A stretch of 64,000 bases of DNA from Thermodesulfobacteriota bacterium. GTDB taxonomy: Bacteria > Desulfobacterota_D > UBA1144 > Nemesobacterales > Nemesobacteraceae. Made by a program: the position numbers and the translations under genes. Positions within the stretch are counted from its first letter, which is position 1; each line of letters begins with the position of its first letter. Of this stretch, positions 39,686 through 49,895 are shown piece by piece. Location: positions 1,426,854 to 1,490,853 of the forward strand of contig OZ244851.1 of NCBI GenBank assembly GCA_965220925.1. Reading direction: 5' to 3'. A model generated the notes under the pieces. The model had not been told where the DNA came from. It did not search any database and saw only the letters and a list, made by a program, of their open reading frames with translations.

Positions 39686-39734
39686 AATCGTCCCGTTAAT
39701 TTCCGGTAAAATACTTCTCTAGAGGAATGAATCA

Positions 39735-40403
39735 ATGATAGATTTTTATACGGCGGACACTCCAAACGGTAAAAAGATTTCAATAATGCTTGAAGAGGTT
39801 TCCGCTTCCTACAAAGTGCACGACCTTGACCTCTCGGCGCTTGAACATAAAGAACCCTGGTTTCTCGAAATAAATCCAAATGGCAAGATCCCCGCGATAA
39901 TCGATAACGAAAATGAAGGCGCGGTTGTTTTCGAATCCGGAGCCATACTTGTCTACCTTGCCGAAAAGTTCGGAAATTTTCTTCCCTCCTCGGGTTCGCG
40001 CAGAACGAATTGCATTCAATGGCTGATGTTCCAGATGTCTGCCGTAGGTCCTATGCAGGGACAGTTAAACGTTTTTTTGAAATACGCTCCGGAAAAAATA
40101 CCTTACGCGATAAACAGGTACGAGCGGGAAACCGAAAGAATTTACTCGGTTCTCGACGCAAGACTTTCTCAGACGGAATACCTCGCCGGAGAGTACTCAA
40201 TCGCCGACATCGCCACATGGCCTTGGATAAACGCGTACGATTGGGCGCAGATAGACCTTTCGAATTTCGCTAATCTCAGCAGATGGCACGCCGAGGTTGG
40301 AAAAAGGCCGGCGGTGATAAAAGGAAATGCGATTCCCGCAAACGCCAGAGAAGGGGAAACGGAACAGGAAAAGATAAAGAGAATTTCCAAGCTGCTTCTT
40401 TAA
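39735..40403 (+). CDS. Glutathione S-transferase (Nu/YfcG-like)
   Basis: N-terminal thioredoxin-like domain (TPNGKKISIMLEE), cis-Pro region (GKIPAI) and C-terminal helical domain. Confidence 0.75.
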   Translation: MIDFYTADTPNGKKISIMLEEVSASYKVHDLDLSALEHKEPWFLEINPNGKIPAIIDNENEGAVVFESGAILVYLAEKFGNFLPSSGSRRTNCIQWLMFQMSAVGPMQGQLNVFLKYAPEKIPYAINRYERETERIYSVLDARLSQTEYLAGEYSIADIATWPWINAYDWAQIDLSNFANLSRWHAEVGKRPAVIKGNAIPANAREGETEQEKIKRISKLLL

Positions 40404-40617
40404 GCGTGAATATCCCCCGACTTCGACGGTTTGAGCGAGAGAGAAGACATTTGAGGTCCATTTCCACTTGCCCTTTTTATTTGCTTCAAAAGTTGCGTTT
40501 CATAACTGAAACCGCATACCCTTTCCGAACTTCCTGAAATACCAGAGAAAAACGAGTCGTTTGCCGAAAAACTCTCCTTGTGACTACCGTTGGGAGACGC
40601 GGTTTAGATGTCTGGTA

Positions 40618-40629
40618 TGTAGCGCTACA
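40618..40629. promoter_or_regulatory. Perfect 12-bp palindrome TGTAGCGCTACA upstream of the acd-hbd-crt-thl operon
   Basis: About 80 bp upstream of the ACAD start, followed by a T7 run. Candidate operator for a dimeric (TetR/FadR-type) repressor, or the end of the upstream transcript. Confidence 0.3.
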
Positions 40630-40706
40630 AGGGTTTTTTTGCCTTTTAGAAGTGGGTGCATTAAAATTTTTACGCGTTAAAAAATCCTAAGCGAAACCCA
40701 GAAGCT

Positions 40707-41864
40707 ATGCCCAAATCAGATCTTACGCCGGAGCAACTTTTAATCAAGAATTTAGTTTCGGAGTTTGCCGAAGAGCGAATTAAACCGCTCGCTTCGGAAA
40801 TTGACAAAAACGCCACTTTCCCAAAGAAACTCGTAGAGGAGCTGTTCGGTCTCGGTTTCATGGGCCATTTCGTGGCGGAACGTTACGGAGGAAGCGGCGT
40901 TGATTACCTTTCATACGTAATAGCGATTGAAGAAATATCCAAAGCGTGCGCGTCAACCGCGGCGATAGTCATGGTACATAATTCCCTTTCCTGCGCGCCG
41001 ATACAGGATTTCGGCACCGAGAGTCAAAAGCGCAGATATCTTCCGGCAATGTGCCGAGAATCTCTGGGATGCTTCGCTTTGAGCGAACCCGAGTCGGGTT
41101 CCGACGCCGGCGGAATAACGACAAGCGCGGAGAAAAAGTCCGGAGGATACGTTTTAAATGGGACGAAAAGCTGGATTACAAACGGTCGCGAAGCGCAATT
41201 CGCCATAGTTTTCGCGAGAACGAGCAAATCGAAAAGAAGCGGCGGAATTACGGCGTTTGTAATAGACCTCGACTCTCCGGGAATTTCTATCGGAAAGTCT
41301 GAAAGTAAGCTTGGGATAAAGGGCACTAGCACGGTTCAGCTTGTTTTTGAGGATTGCGAAGTTCCCCAAGGGTGCGTTTTAGGCAAGGAGGGCGAGGGTT
41401 TTAAAATCGCTATGAAGACCCTTGACGCGGGAAGAATAGCGGTCGCGGCGCAAGCCTTGGGAATAGCAGGCGCGGCTCTTGAAGCCTCGACGCGGTATTC
41501 TCTTGAAAGAAAGGCGTTTGGCGAGAAAATATCCAGTTTTCAGGCCATACAGTTTATACTCGCGGATATGGCGACGAGAATCGAGGCTTCGAAACTGCTT
41601 ACCTACGAGGCCGCCTTGATGAAAGAACGAGGCGAGAAGTACACCAAAAACTCCGCCATGGCTAAACTTTACGCCGCCGAGACTGCGATGTGGGTGGCCA
41701 CCAAAGGTATTCAGGTGCATGGAGGAAACGGATATACTACCGATTATCCGGTGGAACGTTATTTCAGAGACGCAAAGATAACCGAAATATACGAAGGTAC
41801 TTCGGAAATACAGAGGCTGGTTGTCGCAAGGCAGATTCTATCAGAATCCGCTTACGGAACTTGA
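40707..41864 (+). CDS. Acyl-CoA dehydrogenase (short/butyryl-chain type)
   Basis: ACAD N/M/C domains. Catalytic-base region [14 protein letters not shown] near the C-terminus. Confidence 0.85.
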   Translation: MPKSDLTPEQLLIKNLVSEFAEERIKPLASEIDKNATFPKKLVEELFGLGFMGHFVAERYGGSGVDYLSYVIAIEEISKACASTAAIVMVHNSLSCAPIQDFGTESQKRRYLPAMCRESLGCFALSEPESGSDAGGITTSAEKKSGGYVLNGTKSWITNGREAQFAIVFARTSKSKRSGGITAFVIDLDSPGISIGKSESKLGIKGTSTVQLVFEDCEVPQGCVLGKEGEGFKIAMKTLDAGRIAVAAQALGIAGAALEASTRYSLERKAFGEKISSFQAIQFILADMATRIEASKLLTYEAALMKERGEKYTKNSAMAKLYAAETAMWVATKGIQVHGGNGYTTDYPVERYFRDAKITEIYEGTSEIQRLVVARQILSESAYGT

Positions 41865-41901
41865 GGGAAAAACGCATTGTCTATTATTCTGGGAGAAAAA
41901 C

Positions 41902-42768
41902 ATGTCTGAATCAGATATAAGCGTGGTGGGAGTTGTGGGCGCCGGAACCATGGGTTCGGGTATCGCGGAGCTTTCGGCTTGCTCGGGAAAAAAAGTCGTC
42001 CTTCTGGACTTGGAAAAAAGTATGGTGGAGACGGCGATTGGAAAGATAGAAAAAAATATTTCCAGACTCGCGCGCAGAGGTAAAATCGCCGAGGAGCAAA
42101 TCGATATGATCGTCAAGAGAATTCGCGCAACTGAAAATTACGAAGATTTTCGCGATACGGACATAGTTATCGAGGCCGTAAGCGAGAGTATGGAAGTAAA
42201 AAAGGCGGTTTTCCGCAATATAGAGGAAAACATCGAGCGAGAAGCGATTATAGCCACCAACACTTCCACTCTTTCCGTTACCGAACTTGCCATGAACGTC
42301 TCGGGACCCGAAAGAGTTCTGGGAATTCATTTTTTTAATCCGGCTCCGATAATGAAACTGGTCGAGATAATCGCAACCCCGAAAACTTCCTCTCAAACTC
42401 TGGAGTTGGCGATGGAATTCGCGCGTAGCCTCGATAAATATCCGGTTTCGGCAAAAGACAGAGCGGGCTTCGTAGTGAATAGAATTCTGCTGCCGATGAT
42501 AAACGAGGCGATTTTCGTGCTGGACGAAGGACTCGCCGAGGCCAAAGAGATTGACAACGCGATGAAGTTTGGAGCGAATCATCCTATAGGACCTTTGGCC
42601 CTTGCGGACCTGATAGGACTCGACGTTACTCTGGATGTGCTCAACGTTCTTCATCGGGAATCGGGAGATCCGAAATTCAGACCGGCTCCGCTGCTTAAAG
42701 AAATGGTGCGGGCGGGTTGCCTGGGTAGAAAGACTGGAACGGGGTTTTTTGAATACGGGAAAAGGTAG
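41902..42768 (+). CDS. hbd: 3-hydroxybutyryl-CoA dehydrogenase
   Basis: Rossmann VGVVGAGTMGSGIA and the 3HCDH C-terminal domain. Start at ATG 41902 with a GGGAG RBS; the ORF track extends upstream into the ACAD gene. Confidence 0.85.
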   Translation: MSESDISVVGVVGAGTMGSGIAELSACSGKKVVLLDLEKSMVETAIGKIEKNISRLARRGKIAEEQIDMIVKRIRATENYEDFRDTDIVIEAVSESMEVKKAVFRNIEENIEREAIIATNTSTLSVTELAMNVSGPERVLGIHFFNPAPIMKLVEIIATPKTSSQTLELAMEFARSLDKYPVSAKDRAGFVVNRILLPMINEAIFVLDEGLAEAKEIDNAMKFGANHPIGPLALADLIGLDVTLDVLNVLHRESGDPKFRPAPLLKEMVRAGCLGRKTGTGFFEYGKR

Positions 42769-42788
42769 AAGAGATAAAGGAGGAATAA

Positions 42789-43571
42789 ATGTACAAAGAC
42801 CTTTTGTTTGAAACAAGGGATGAAGGCGTGGGAATACTGACCATAAACAAAGCGAGAGCTATGAATATTCTAAGTAGGGAAATAATAGCTCAGCTCGCGG
42901 AGTTCGTAACCGAACGTCTGCCCGCTGAGAACCTGAAAGCGCTGGTTATAACCGGGGCGGGGGAAAAAGCTTTCGTAGCGGGCGCCAATATAAAACAAAT
43001 GCGCGAAATGACTATTGAAGAATTCAAGGACTACTGTGTCGTTGGCCGCGGGGTTTTCGATTATTTGCAGCAGGCGCCCTTTGCGGTCATAGCCGCGATA
43101 AACGGATATTCCCTGGGAGGCGGGCTGGAACTGGCTCTCGCCTGCGATATCAGGATCGCTTCTTCCAACGCCCGGGTCGGTTTTCCCGAAACCAAGCTGG
43201 GTCTTTTCCCCTGTTGGGGAGGAACTCAGAGAGCGGCGAGGATCATCGGACCCGGAAAAACAAAAAAACTGGTTTTTACCGGAGAGATGATCACCGCGGC
43301 CGAAGCTTTCGAAATCGGCCTTTTAGACAAAGTCGTTGAACAGGAAGAGCTCATGGACGAAGTTATGAAAGTAGCCGGTCAGATCGCTAGCAACAGTCCG
43401 CTTGCGGTCGGATACGCCAAAAAAGCTATAAACCTCGGATCGGAGATGGAACTTTCCCATGGACTCGCCTATGAGATGGAAACCGGATTTGAGTGTTTTG
43501 ATTCCTACGACAGGGCAGAGGGTATGAGCGCGTTTATCGAAAAAAGAACACCTCAGTTCAAGGGAAAGTAA
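42789..43571 (+). CDS. crt: Enoyl-CoA hydratase (crotonase)
   Basis: Crotonase fold with oxyanion residues (AAINGYSLGGGLELALACDIRIAS, catalytic E...FPE). Confidence 0.85.
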   Translation: MYKDLLFETRDEGVGILTINKARAMNILSREIIAQLAEFVTERLPAENLKALVITGAGEKAFVAGANIKQMREMTIEEFKDYCVVGRGVFDYLQQAPFAVIAAINGYSLGGGLELALACDIRIASSNARVGFPETKLGLFPCWGGTQRAARIIGPGKTKKLVFTGEMITAAEAFEIGLLDKVVEQEELMDEVMKVAGQIASNSPLAVGYAKKAINLGSEMELSHGLAYEMETGFECFDSYDRAEGMSAFIEKRTPQFKGK

Positions 43572-43573
43572 TT

Positions 43574-44764
43574 ATGGAAAAAGTCGTACTTTGCGAGCCT
43601 CTTAGAACCGCGGTGGGAGCTTTTGGAGGAACTTTGAAGGATGTTTCGGCCGTCGACCTAGCCACGGCGGTGGTTAAGGAGATTATGAGCAGAACGTCTA
43701 TCTCGCCCGAGCATATAGACGACTGCATAATGGGCAACATACTCGCGGCGGGGCTGGGGCAGAATCCTTCAAGACAGGTATCTATAAACTCGGGTCTGAA
43801 AGCGGAGACCCCTGCGATTACCGTTAACAGAATGTGCGGTTCCGGATTGCAGTCCGTCGTGCATGCCGCTCAGGCGATAAAATCCGGCGACTGCGAGTGC
43901 GTCGTGGCGGGAGGTATGGAGAATATGAGCGCGGCGCCTTTCTATCTGAAAAAAGCCAGATGGGGGTATAAAATGTCGTCGCCTTCCGATGAGCTTGTGG
44001 ACGGAATGATGTCGGATGCGCTGTGGGATGCTTTTAACGATTATCACATGGGGGTTACGGCTGAGAATCTCGCCGAAAAATATGAAATATCCAGAGAAAA
44101 TCAGGATACTTTCGCTTACGCAAGCCAGATGAAGACTAAAGCCGCCTTGAAGACTGGTAAATTCGACTCGCAAATCGTCCCCGTCCCCGTTTCGCGCGGC
44201 AGAGGGAAATTCGAGGAGTTCAAATCCGACGAACATCCGAGACCCGACGTGACGCTTGAGAGAATGTCGGCGTTAAAGCCGGTTTTCAAAAAGGGCGGCA
44301 CGGTTACCGCGGCCAATTCCTCGGGTATTAACGATGGCGCGGCGGCTTTAATAGTCGCATCCGAAGGCAAGGCGGAAGAAGTAGGCTTGAACTCTCTTGC
44401 GTCGATTAAATCCTACGCTATTTCGGGAGTGGATCCTTCCATAATGGGAATCGGTCCGGTTTCCGCGATGCGGGCGGCGCTTGAAAAAGCCGAACTCCAA
44501 ATTGACGATATCGATCTTGTTGAACTCAACGAAGCCTTCGCGGCGCAGTCTCTCGCGGTACTTAAGGATTTCCCCATCCCCGAAGATAAGCTTAACGTAA
44601 ATGGCGGAGCTATCGCGTTAGGACATCCCGTGGGAGCCACAGGAGCCATACTGCTTGTGAAACTCCTTCATGAATTTAAAAACATCCGCCCCGGCGGATA
44701 TGGAATGGTGTCCTTATGCATGGGAGGCGGTATGGGTATAGCAATGATCGTCGAAAAGATGTAG
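43574..44764 (+). CDS. Acetyl-CoA C-acetyltransferase (thiolase II)
   Basis: Active-site Cys NRMCGSGLQ, C-terminal NVNGGAIALGHPVGATG and CMGGGMG. Confidence 0.9.
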   Translation: MEKVVLCEPLRTAVGAFGGTLKDVSAVDLATAVVKEIMSRTSISPEHIDDCIMGNILAAGLGQNPSRQVSINSGLKAETPAITVNRMCGSGLQSVVHAAQAIKSGDCECVVAGGMENMSAAPFYLKKARWGYKMSSPSDELVDGMMSDALWDAFNDYHMGVTAENLAEKYEISRENQDTFAYASQMKTKAALKTGKFDSQIVPVPVSRGRGKFEEFKSDEHPRPDVTLERMSALKPVFKKGGTVTAANSSGINDGAAALIVASEGKAEEVGLNSLASIKSYAISGVDPSIMGIGPVSAMRAALEKAELQIDDIDLVELNEAFAAQSLAVLKDFPIPEDKLNVNGGAIALGHPVGATGAILLVKLLHEFKNIRPGGYGMVSLCMGGGMGIAMIVEKM

Positions 44765-44843
44765 AATTGAATTTTGTCGGGTGTTTCCCCGTCTCTCGGT
44801 TGTTTGCCGGCGGGTTAGGAAGCGTTTTTCGGTGCGGTTTATT

Positions 44844-45254
44844 ATGAGTGAAAGAGCGAAAATAGAGGTAATGGACGACGGTCCCTTGATTGTAAGCAAT
44901 CTCTCGTCGCTTGAAAACGGAGGCGTTAGAGACGATACGGTTAAGAAAAAGATAGCTTTATGCCGTTGCGGAGCTTCTAAAGACAAGCCGTTTTGCGACG
45001 GTTCCCACAAACGGGCGGATTTTAAAAGCACTATCTCTCCTGTGGAAGTTTCCGAGTCGGGCGGGGAGGAGAAACCGCTTATAAGAGTGCTTGAAGACGG
45101 TCCCTACGAAATTTGCGGTGGTATGGTTCTTTGCGCTGCCGATGAGGAAGGTTTTTCCGCCGAAGATCCTTATTATCTGTGCCGTTGCGGAGCTTCTGAA
45201 AACAAGCCGTTTTGCGACGGTTCCCACAAGAATATTGATTTTACGGACAAGTAG
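44844..45254 (+). CDS. CDGSH iron-sulfur domain protein (two tandem CDGSH [2Fe-2S] modules)
   Basis: Two copies of CRCG(A)S..KPFCDGSH. Confidence 0.75.
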   Translation: MSERAKIEVMDDGPLIVSNLSSLENGGVRDDTVKKKIALCRCGASKDKPFCDGSHKRADFKSTISPVEVSESGGEEKPLIRVLEDGPYEICGGMVLCAADEEGFSAEDPYYLCRCGASENKPFCDGSHKNIDFTDK

Positions 45255-45279
45255 CTAAGAAACTCTAAGAGGACAAAAA

Positions 45280-45834
45280 ATGGTAAAGACCCCATCAACG
45301 ATGATTCCACTGGGGAGCGAGGCTCCCGATTTTCGTTTGCCCGACGTAGTTAGCGGAAGCGAGTTTACGCTTGGCGATCTGAAATCTGATCTGGCAACCG
45401 TGATTATGTTTATATGCAACCACTGTCCATACGTTAAGCATCTGCAGCAGGGCATGGTGAAAGTCGCCGACGAGTATATTCCCAAAGGAGTTTCTTTTAT
45501 CGCCGTAAATTCAAACGATGTTGAAAACTATCCCGATGACTCGCCCGAGAAGATGAAAGAAGTTGCGCAGGAAAAAGGATATTCGTTTCCCTACTTGTTT
45601 GACGAAACGCAGGAAGTGGCAAGGCTTTACGAAGCCGCCTGCACACCAGACTTTTTCGTTTACGACAAGGAGCTAAAGTGCGTTTACAGAGGGCAGTTTG
45701 ACGATTCCAGACCAGGAAACGGGAAACCGGTTACCGGAAAGGATCTGAGAAAAGCTCTTGACTCTATCTTGGCCGGAGTAGAAATCGACTGGGAACAGAT
45801 TCCAAGCCTCGGGTGCAATATAAAATGGAAATAG
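45280..45834 (+). CDS. Thioredoxin-fold thiol-disulfide oxidoreductase (AhpC/TSA-like)
   Basis: CNHCPYV redox motif. 184 aa. Confidence 0.65.
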   Translation: MVKTPSTMIPLGSEAPDFRLPDVVSGSEFTLGDLKSDLATVIMFICNHCPYVKHLQQGMVKVADEYIPKGVSFIAVNSNDVENYPDDSPEKMKEVAQEKGYSFPYLFDETQEVARLYEAACTPDFFVYDKELKCVYRGQFDDSRPGNGKPVTGKDLRKALDSILAGVEIDWEQIPSLGCNIKWK

Positions 45835-45940
45835 CCTGCGGTTGCCCGTTTCGGGAAAATGCGCGGAAGAAAAAAGCAAACCCCTTCGTATCATAACCCG
45901 ATATCCCGCTTCCTCTCTCGGGAACCGGTCACTCAAAAAT

Positions 45941-47641
45941 ATGAAACCCGCGGTTGATAAAAACGGACACGCCGAATCGGAAGATTTTATAAGGGCGAAA
46001 ATAAGAAGCGATTTTGAATCCGGTATCGCTAAGCCCGTAACTCGGTTCCCTCCCGAACCCAACGGCTACCTCCATATAGGCCACGCCAAATCGATATGTC
46101 TTAATTTCGGAATTGCCTCGGAATTCGGCGGAAAATGCAACCTTCGCTTCGACGACACAAACCCCTCCAAAGAAGACGTCAAATATATGGAAGCTATAAA
46201 AAAAGACATCAGATGGCTTGGTTTTGACTGGGGAGATAAGATTTATTACGCCTCCGATTACTTTCAGCAACTCTACGAATATGCCTTGAAGCTTATAAGC
46301 GAGGGTAAAGCTTATGTGGACAATCTGGACGTGGAGCAAATCAGACAATACAGAGGCACGCTTTCCGAACCGGGGAAGCAAAGTCCTTCCAGGGAGATGT
46401 CGGTTGAGGAGAATCTAAGACTTTTCCGCGCTATGAAAAACGGGGATTTTGACGAAGGGGAGTACGTGCTTAGGGCGAAAATAGATATGGCGTCCGGCAA
46501 TATGAATATGCGCGACCCGGTTATGTACCGGATAATGAAGCGAGCCCATCCTCGCACCGGAGACTCTTGGTCCATTTATCCCATGTATGACTGGGCTCAC
46601 GGGCAAAGCGATTCGCTTGAGGGAGTTACTCATTCTTTGTGCACCCTTGAGTTTGAGGACCATCGACCTTTATACGACTGGTTTATCGCTCAGCTCGGAA
46701 TATATCACCCCCAGCAAATAGAGTTCGCAAGGCTTAATTTAAGCTATGCCGTTCTTAGCAAAAGAAACCTCAAGAAGCTGGTTTCCGAAGGGTTTGTGGA
46801 CGGATGGGACGATCCCAGAATGCCCACAATCTCAGGTCTTAGAAGAAGAGGATACACGCCCGAGTCGATTAAGGATTTTTGCAGACAGGTAGGCGTTACC
46901 AAACAGGATAGCGTAATAGATATAGAGCTTCTTGAGCATAGCGTCAGGGAACATCTTAACAAAAAAGCGCAGAGAGTAATGGCGGTTTTAGACCCTTTAA
47001 AAGTGGTAATAGTCAATTATCCGGAAGAAAAGCGCGAGGAATTTGAAGCCTTAAACAATCCCGAAGATCTGTCCATGGGGAAAAGACAAGTGCCGTTTTC
47101 AAAAGAACTTTTTATCGAAAGGGACGATTTCATGGAAGATCCTCCGAAGAAATTCTACAGATTGACTCCGGGCTCCAAAGTGCGTCTTCGATACGCTTAC
47201 ATAGTGAAATGCGTCGGTTTTGAACGTGACGAGGCAACAGGGCAGATAACGGAAGTTCACTGTGAGTACGATCCTGAAACAAGAGGCGGAGTCGCGCGCG
47301 AAGGGAGTAAAGTAAGAGGAACGATACACTGGGTCTGCGCGAAAAGCGCTTCAAAGATAAGCGTGAGACTTTACGACAGGCTTTTCACCGTCCCCAATCC
47401 CAAGGCCGATAAAGACAGGGAGTTTACCGAGTTTCTAAACCCCGAATCCCTGCGCGTGCTGAATAGCTGTCCGGCGGAACCGTTTCTTACCGAAAGTCTT
47501 GAAAATATTAACTATCAGTTTGAAAGAAAAGGATATTTTATTCTTGATTCCAAAGACTCCACGTCCACCGCGCCTGTTTTTAACAGAACCGTTTCACTTA
47601 GGGATTCGTGGAGTCGTCTGATGAAAACCAAAGCGGTATGA
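45941..47641 (+). CDS. glnS: Glutamine--tRNA ligase
   Basis: Class I HIGH (PEPNGYLHIGHAKS) and KMSKR-equivalent region. 566 aa from the ATG at 45941. Confidence 0.9.
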   Translation: MKPAVDKNGHAESEDFIRAKIRSDFESGIAKPVTRFPPEPNGYLHIGHAKSICLNFGIASEFGGKCNLRFDDTNPSKEDVKYMEAIKKDIRWLGFDWGDKIYYASDYFQQLYEYALKLISEGKAYVDNLDVEQIRQYRGTLSEPGKQSPSREMSVEENLRLFRAMKNGDFDEGEYVLRAKIDMASGNMNMRDPVMYRIMKRAHPRTGDSWSIYPMYDWAHGQSDSLEGVTHSLCTLEFEDHRPLYDWFIAQLGIYHPQQIEFARLNLSYAVLSKRNLKKLVSEGFVDGWDDPRMPTISGLRRRGYTPESIKDFCRQVGVTKQDSVIDIELLEHSVREHLNKKAQRVMAVLDPLKVVIVNYPEEKREEFEALNNPEDLSMGKRQVPFSKELFIERDDFMEDPPKKFYRLTPGSKVRLRYAYIVKCVGFERDEATGQITEVHCEYDPETRGGVAREGSKVRGTIHWVCAKSASKISVRLYDRLFTVPNPKADKDREFTEFLNPESLRVLNSCPAEPFLTESLENINYQFERKGYFILDSKDSTSTAPVFNRTVSLRDSWSRLMKTKAV

Positions 47642-47674
47642 TTTTTACTTGAATTCGAAAAGGAGAAAGCGTTT

Positions 47675-48451
47675 GTGAGCTGGAAGATTGAAAAAGCGGG
47701 TCAAGTGGCGATTGTTCACATGAACTCAAATCCTATGAACGTGATGAACGAGGGGTTTTTCGACGATCTCGAAGAGGCTTTTCGTACGTTGGAAAGCGTC
47801 TATCCGAAAAGCCCCGTGGTGCTCGCTTCTTCCGAGAGGGCTTTTTCTGCGGGTCTTGACATTGAGTATCATTTTTCGCTTTTCACTACGGCGGACGAGC
47901 GGAGTATATGGCGGTGGTATGAGCGGTTCAAAGGAGCGCTGCTTCGAGTTTTCACTTACGAAATGCCGGTTATAGCTTCGGTAAGCGGTCACGCGATAGC
48001 CGGCGGACTTATACTGGCGCTTTGCTGCGATTACAGAATATGCGTTGATTCCGGTGCCCGCTTCGGTCTTAACGAAATTACCATAGGGTTTCCTCTTCCT
48101 TGCGCGGTAGCGCAGATTGTTCTTTACGTGCTGGGTACCGCAGTCGCTAATCGAGTTATAGCTACCGGTCTTCTTTACGAAACGCAAGATGCCTTGAAAC
48201 TCGGTTTTTTCGACGAAAGCTGCGAAGCTCCAAAACTGCTTTCCCGTTGCGTCGATCGCGCGAAACGGTACGATCCGTCGCTTATTCCAGGTTACGTTTT
48301 CTCCAAGAAGGCTCTTCGCCGGGAAGTGGTTGAAAACATAGAAAGAGTTTGTGCCGACGCCGACCGGGAACTTCCCGCGGTTTTGCGGTCTCAAGGAGTT
48401 CGCGACAGCCTCTCGAATCTGCTTGAGGCTTTAGGGAAAAAGAAACGATAG
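47675..48451 (+). CDS. Enoyl-CoA hydratase/isomerase family protein
   Basis: Crotonase-fold motifs (SGHAIAGGLILALCCDYRI). GTG start. Confidence 0.65.
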   Translation: MSWKIEKAGQVAIVHMNSNPMNVMNEGFFDDLEEAFRTLESVYPKSPVVLASSERAFSAGLDIEYHFSLFTTADERSIWRWYERFKGALLRVFTYEMPVIASVSGHAIAGGLILALCCDYRICVDSGARFGLNEITIGFPLPCAVAQIVLYVLGTAVANRVIATGLLYETQDALKLGFFDESCEAPKLLSRCVDRAKRYDPSLIPGYVFSKKALRREVVENIERVCADADRELPAVLRSQGVRDSLSNLLEALGKKKR

Positions 48452-48467
48452 AGTTGGGGGTGAAATT

Positions 48468-48956
48468 TTGGAAAAAGTCACGATAAGAAAAGCTTGCGGG
48501 GAAGATTCTCGCGCAATGGCGGCGATACTGAGAGAGATAGGGTGGTCGGAGAGAAGAAATTCTCTTTCGCTTGAAGAAGTAGCGTCTCCGATTAAGGATC
48601 TGATTTTAAGCGCTACCGACGATCCTGAAGGACATACCATGTACGTGGCTTGCGACTTAGCGGGGGAGGTTTTGGGTTTTGCCGTCGTTCACTGGGTTCC
48701 GTTCGTGATGCTTGGAAGTTACGAGGGGTACGTGTCGGATCTGTTCGTAAGTCCTTCGGCAGGCGGTATGGGAGTAGGGAGCAGTCTTATTGAAGCGATT
48801 ATGAAAGAGGGAGAGCGAAGAGACGTATACCGCTTGATGGTGACCAACGGCAAGGACAAGCTTTCTTATCGACGCGGCTTTTACAGAAAAAAAGGATGGA
48901 CGGAACGACCCAGAGTCGCTAACTTTACGTACTATTACAAAGAACCCTGGTCTTAA
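48468..48956 (+). CDS. GNAT family N-acetyltransferase
   Basis: Acetyl-CoA binding motif A region (GMGVGSSLIEAI). 162 aa. TTG start. Confidence 0.6.
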   Translation: MEKVTIRKACGEDSRAMAAILREIGWSERRNSLSLEEVASPIKDLILSATDDPEGHTMYVACDLAGEVLGFAVVHWVPFVMLGSYEGYVSDLFVSPSAGGMGVGSSLIEAIMKEGERRDVYRLMVTNGKDKLSYRRGFYRKKGWTERPRVANFTYYYKEPWS

Positions 48957-49005
48957 TTCTCTATATCTCGGCAACATATACGAAAAATCGGGAAAAGGAT
49001 ACGAT

Positions 49006-49881
49006 ATGATGAGCGCGCAAAAACTTGAAGAAGCTGTTTTACTCGTCCATTCTCCCGATCGTCCGGGTTTGGTTCGGGCGGTTACCGACTTCATATTTAA
49101 ATACGGCGGAAACATTCACGCCTTGCAGCATTGCGTGGATGCAGCCGATACGGTGACTTTTATACGCGCCAAGTGGGGCATGGACGATTTCGCGCTCGAT
49201 AGAGCCGAAACCGAGAAAGTTTTCCGCGAGAAGGTGGCGCGGAAGTTCGATATGAAATTCGAGATTTTCTTCACGGCAGACGCGCCGCGCATGGCGGTTT
49301 TCGTCTCCAAACTTCCGCATTGCTTATCCGACATAATATATAGACTGCGGGCCAAAGAATGGAATGTCGAAATGCCTCTGGTTGTAAGCAATCATCCCGA
49401 TTTAGAGGATTTGGCCAATCTCCACGGAGCGGATTTCTACATTTTCCCAGACATAAAGGAAAACAAACAGGAAGCGGAGGCCCGCCAGCTTGAGCTTCTA
49501 AATCGCTACGAAGTGGATTTTATAGTGCTTGCGAGGTATATGCAGGTTCTTACCGGAAATTTCGTTTCTCATTACCCGAATAGAATAATAAATATTCACC
49601 ACTCCTTTCTCCCCGCTTTTCCTGGGGCGCGTCCCTATCATTCGGCTTACGAAAGGGGGGTTAAAGTCGTTGGGGCGACGTGTCATTACGTTACCGAAGA
49701 ACTTGATTCGGGCCCGATAATAGAGCAAGATGTTATAAAGGTCAATTATGACGATTCGGTTAGCGACCTTATCAGAAAGGGTCAAGATCTTGAAAAACTC
49801 GTTCTCTCAAGATCTATCTGGTCCCATATCAACCGAGAAATTCTGATATACAAAAACAGGGCGATTGTATTTAACAAATAG
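49006..49881 (+). CDS. purU: Formyltetrahydrofolate deformylase
   Basis: N-terminal ACT domain plus formyltransferase domain (INIHHSFLPAF). Confidence 0.85.
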   Translation: MMSAQKLEEAVLLVHSPDRPGLVRAVTDFIFKYGGNIHALQHCVDAADTVTFIRAKWGMDDFALDRAETEKVFREKVARKFDMKFEIFFTADAPRMAVFVSKLPHCLSDIIYRLRAKEWNVEMPLVVSNHPDLEDLANLHGADFYIFPDIKENKQEAEARQLELLNRYEVDFIVLARYMQVLTGNFVSHYPNRIINIHHSFLPAFPGARPYHSAYERGVKVVGATCHYVTEELDSGPIIEQDVIKVNYDDSVSDLIRKGQDLEKLVLSRSIWSHINREILIYKNRAIVFNK

Positions 49882-49895
49882 GTGCTGAGCCATAT

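Noticed and set aside
40404-40706. Sigma-54 promoter (TGGCAC-N5-TTGCW) near rpoN-regulated candidates such as the beta-oxidation operon or the glyoxylate operon
   Set aside because: I scanned several upstream regions by eye and found no convincing -24/-12 element. A PWM scan is required. No enhancer-binding protein gene lies in the window.
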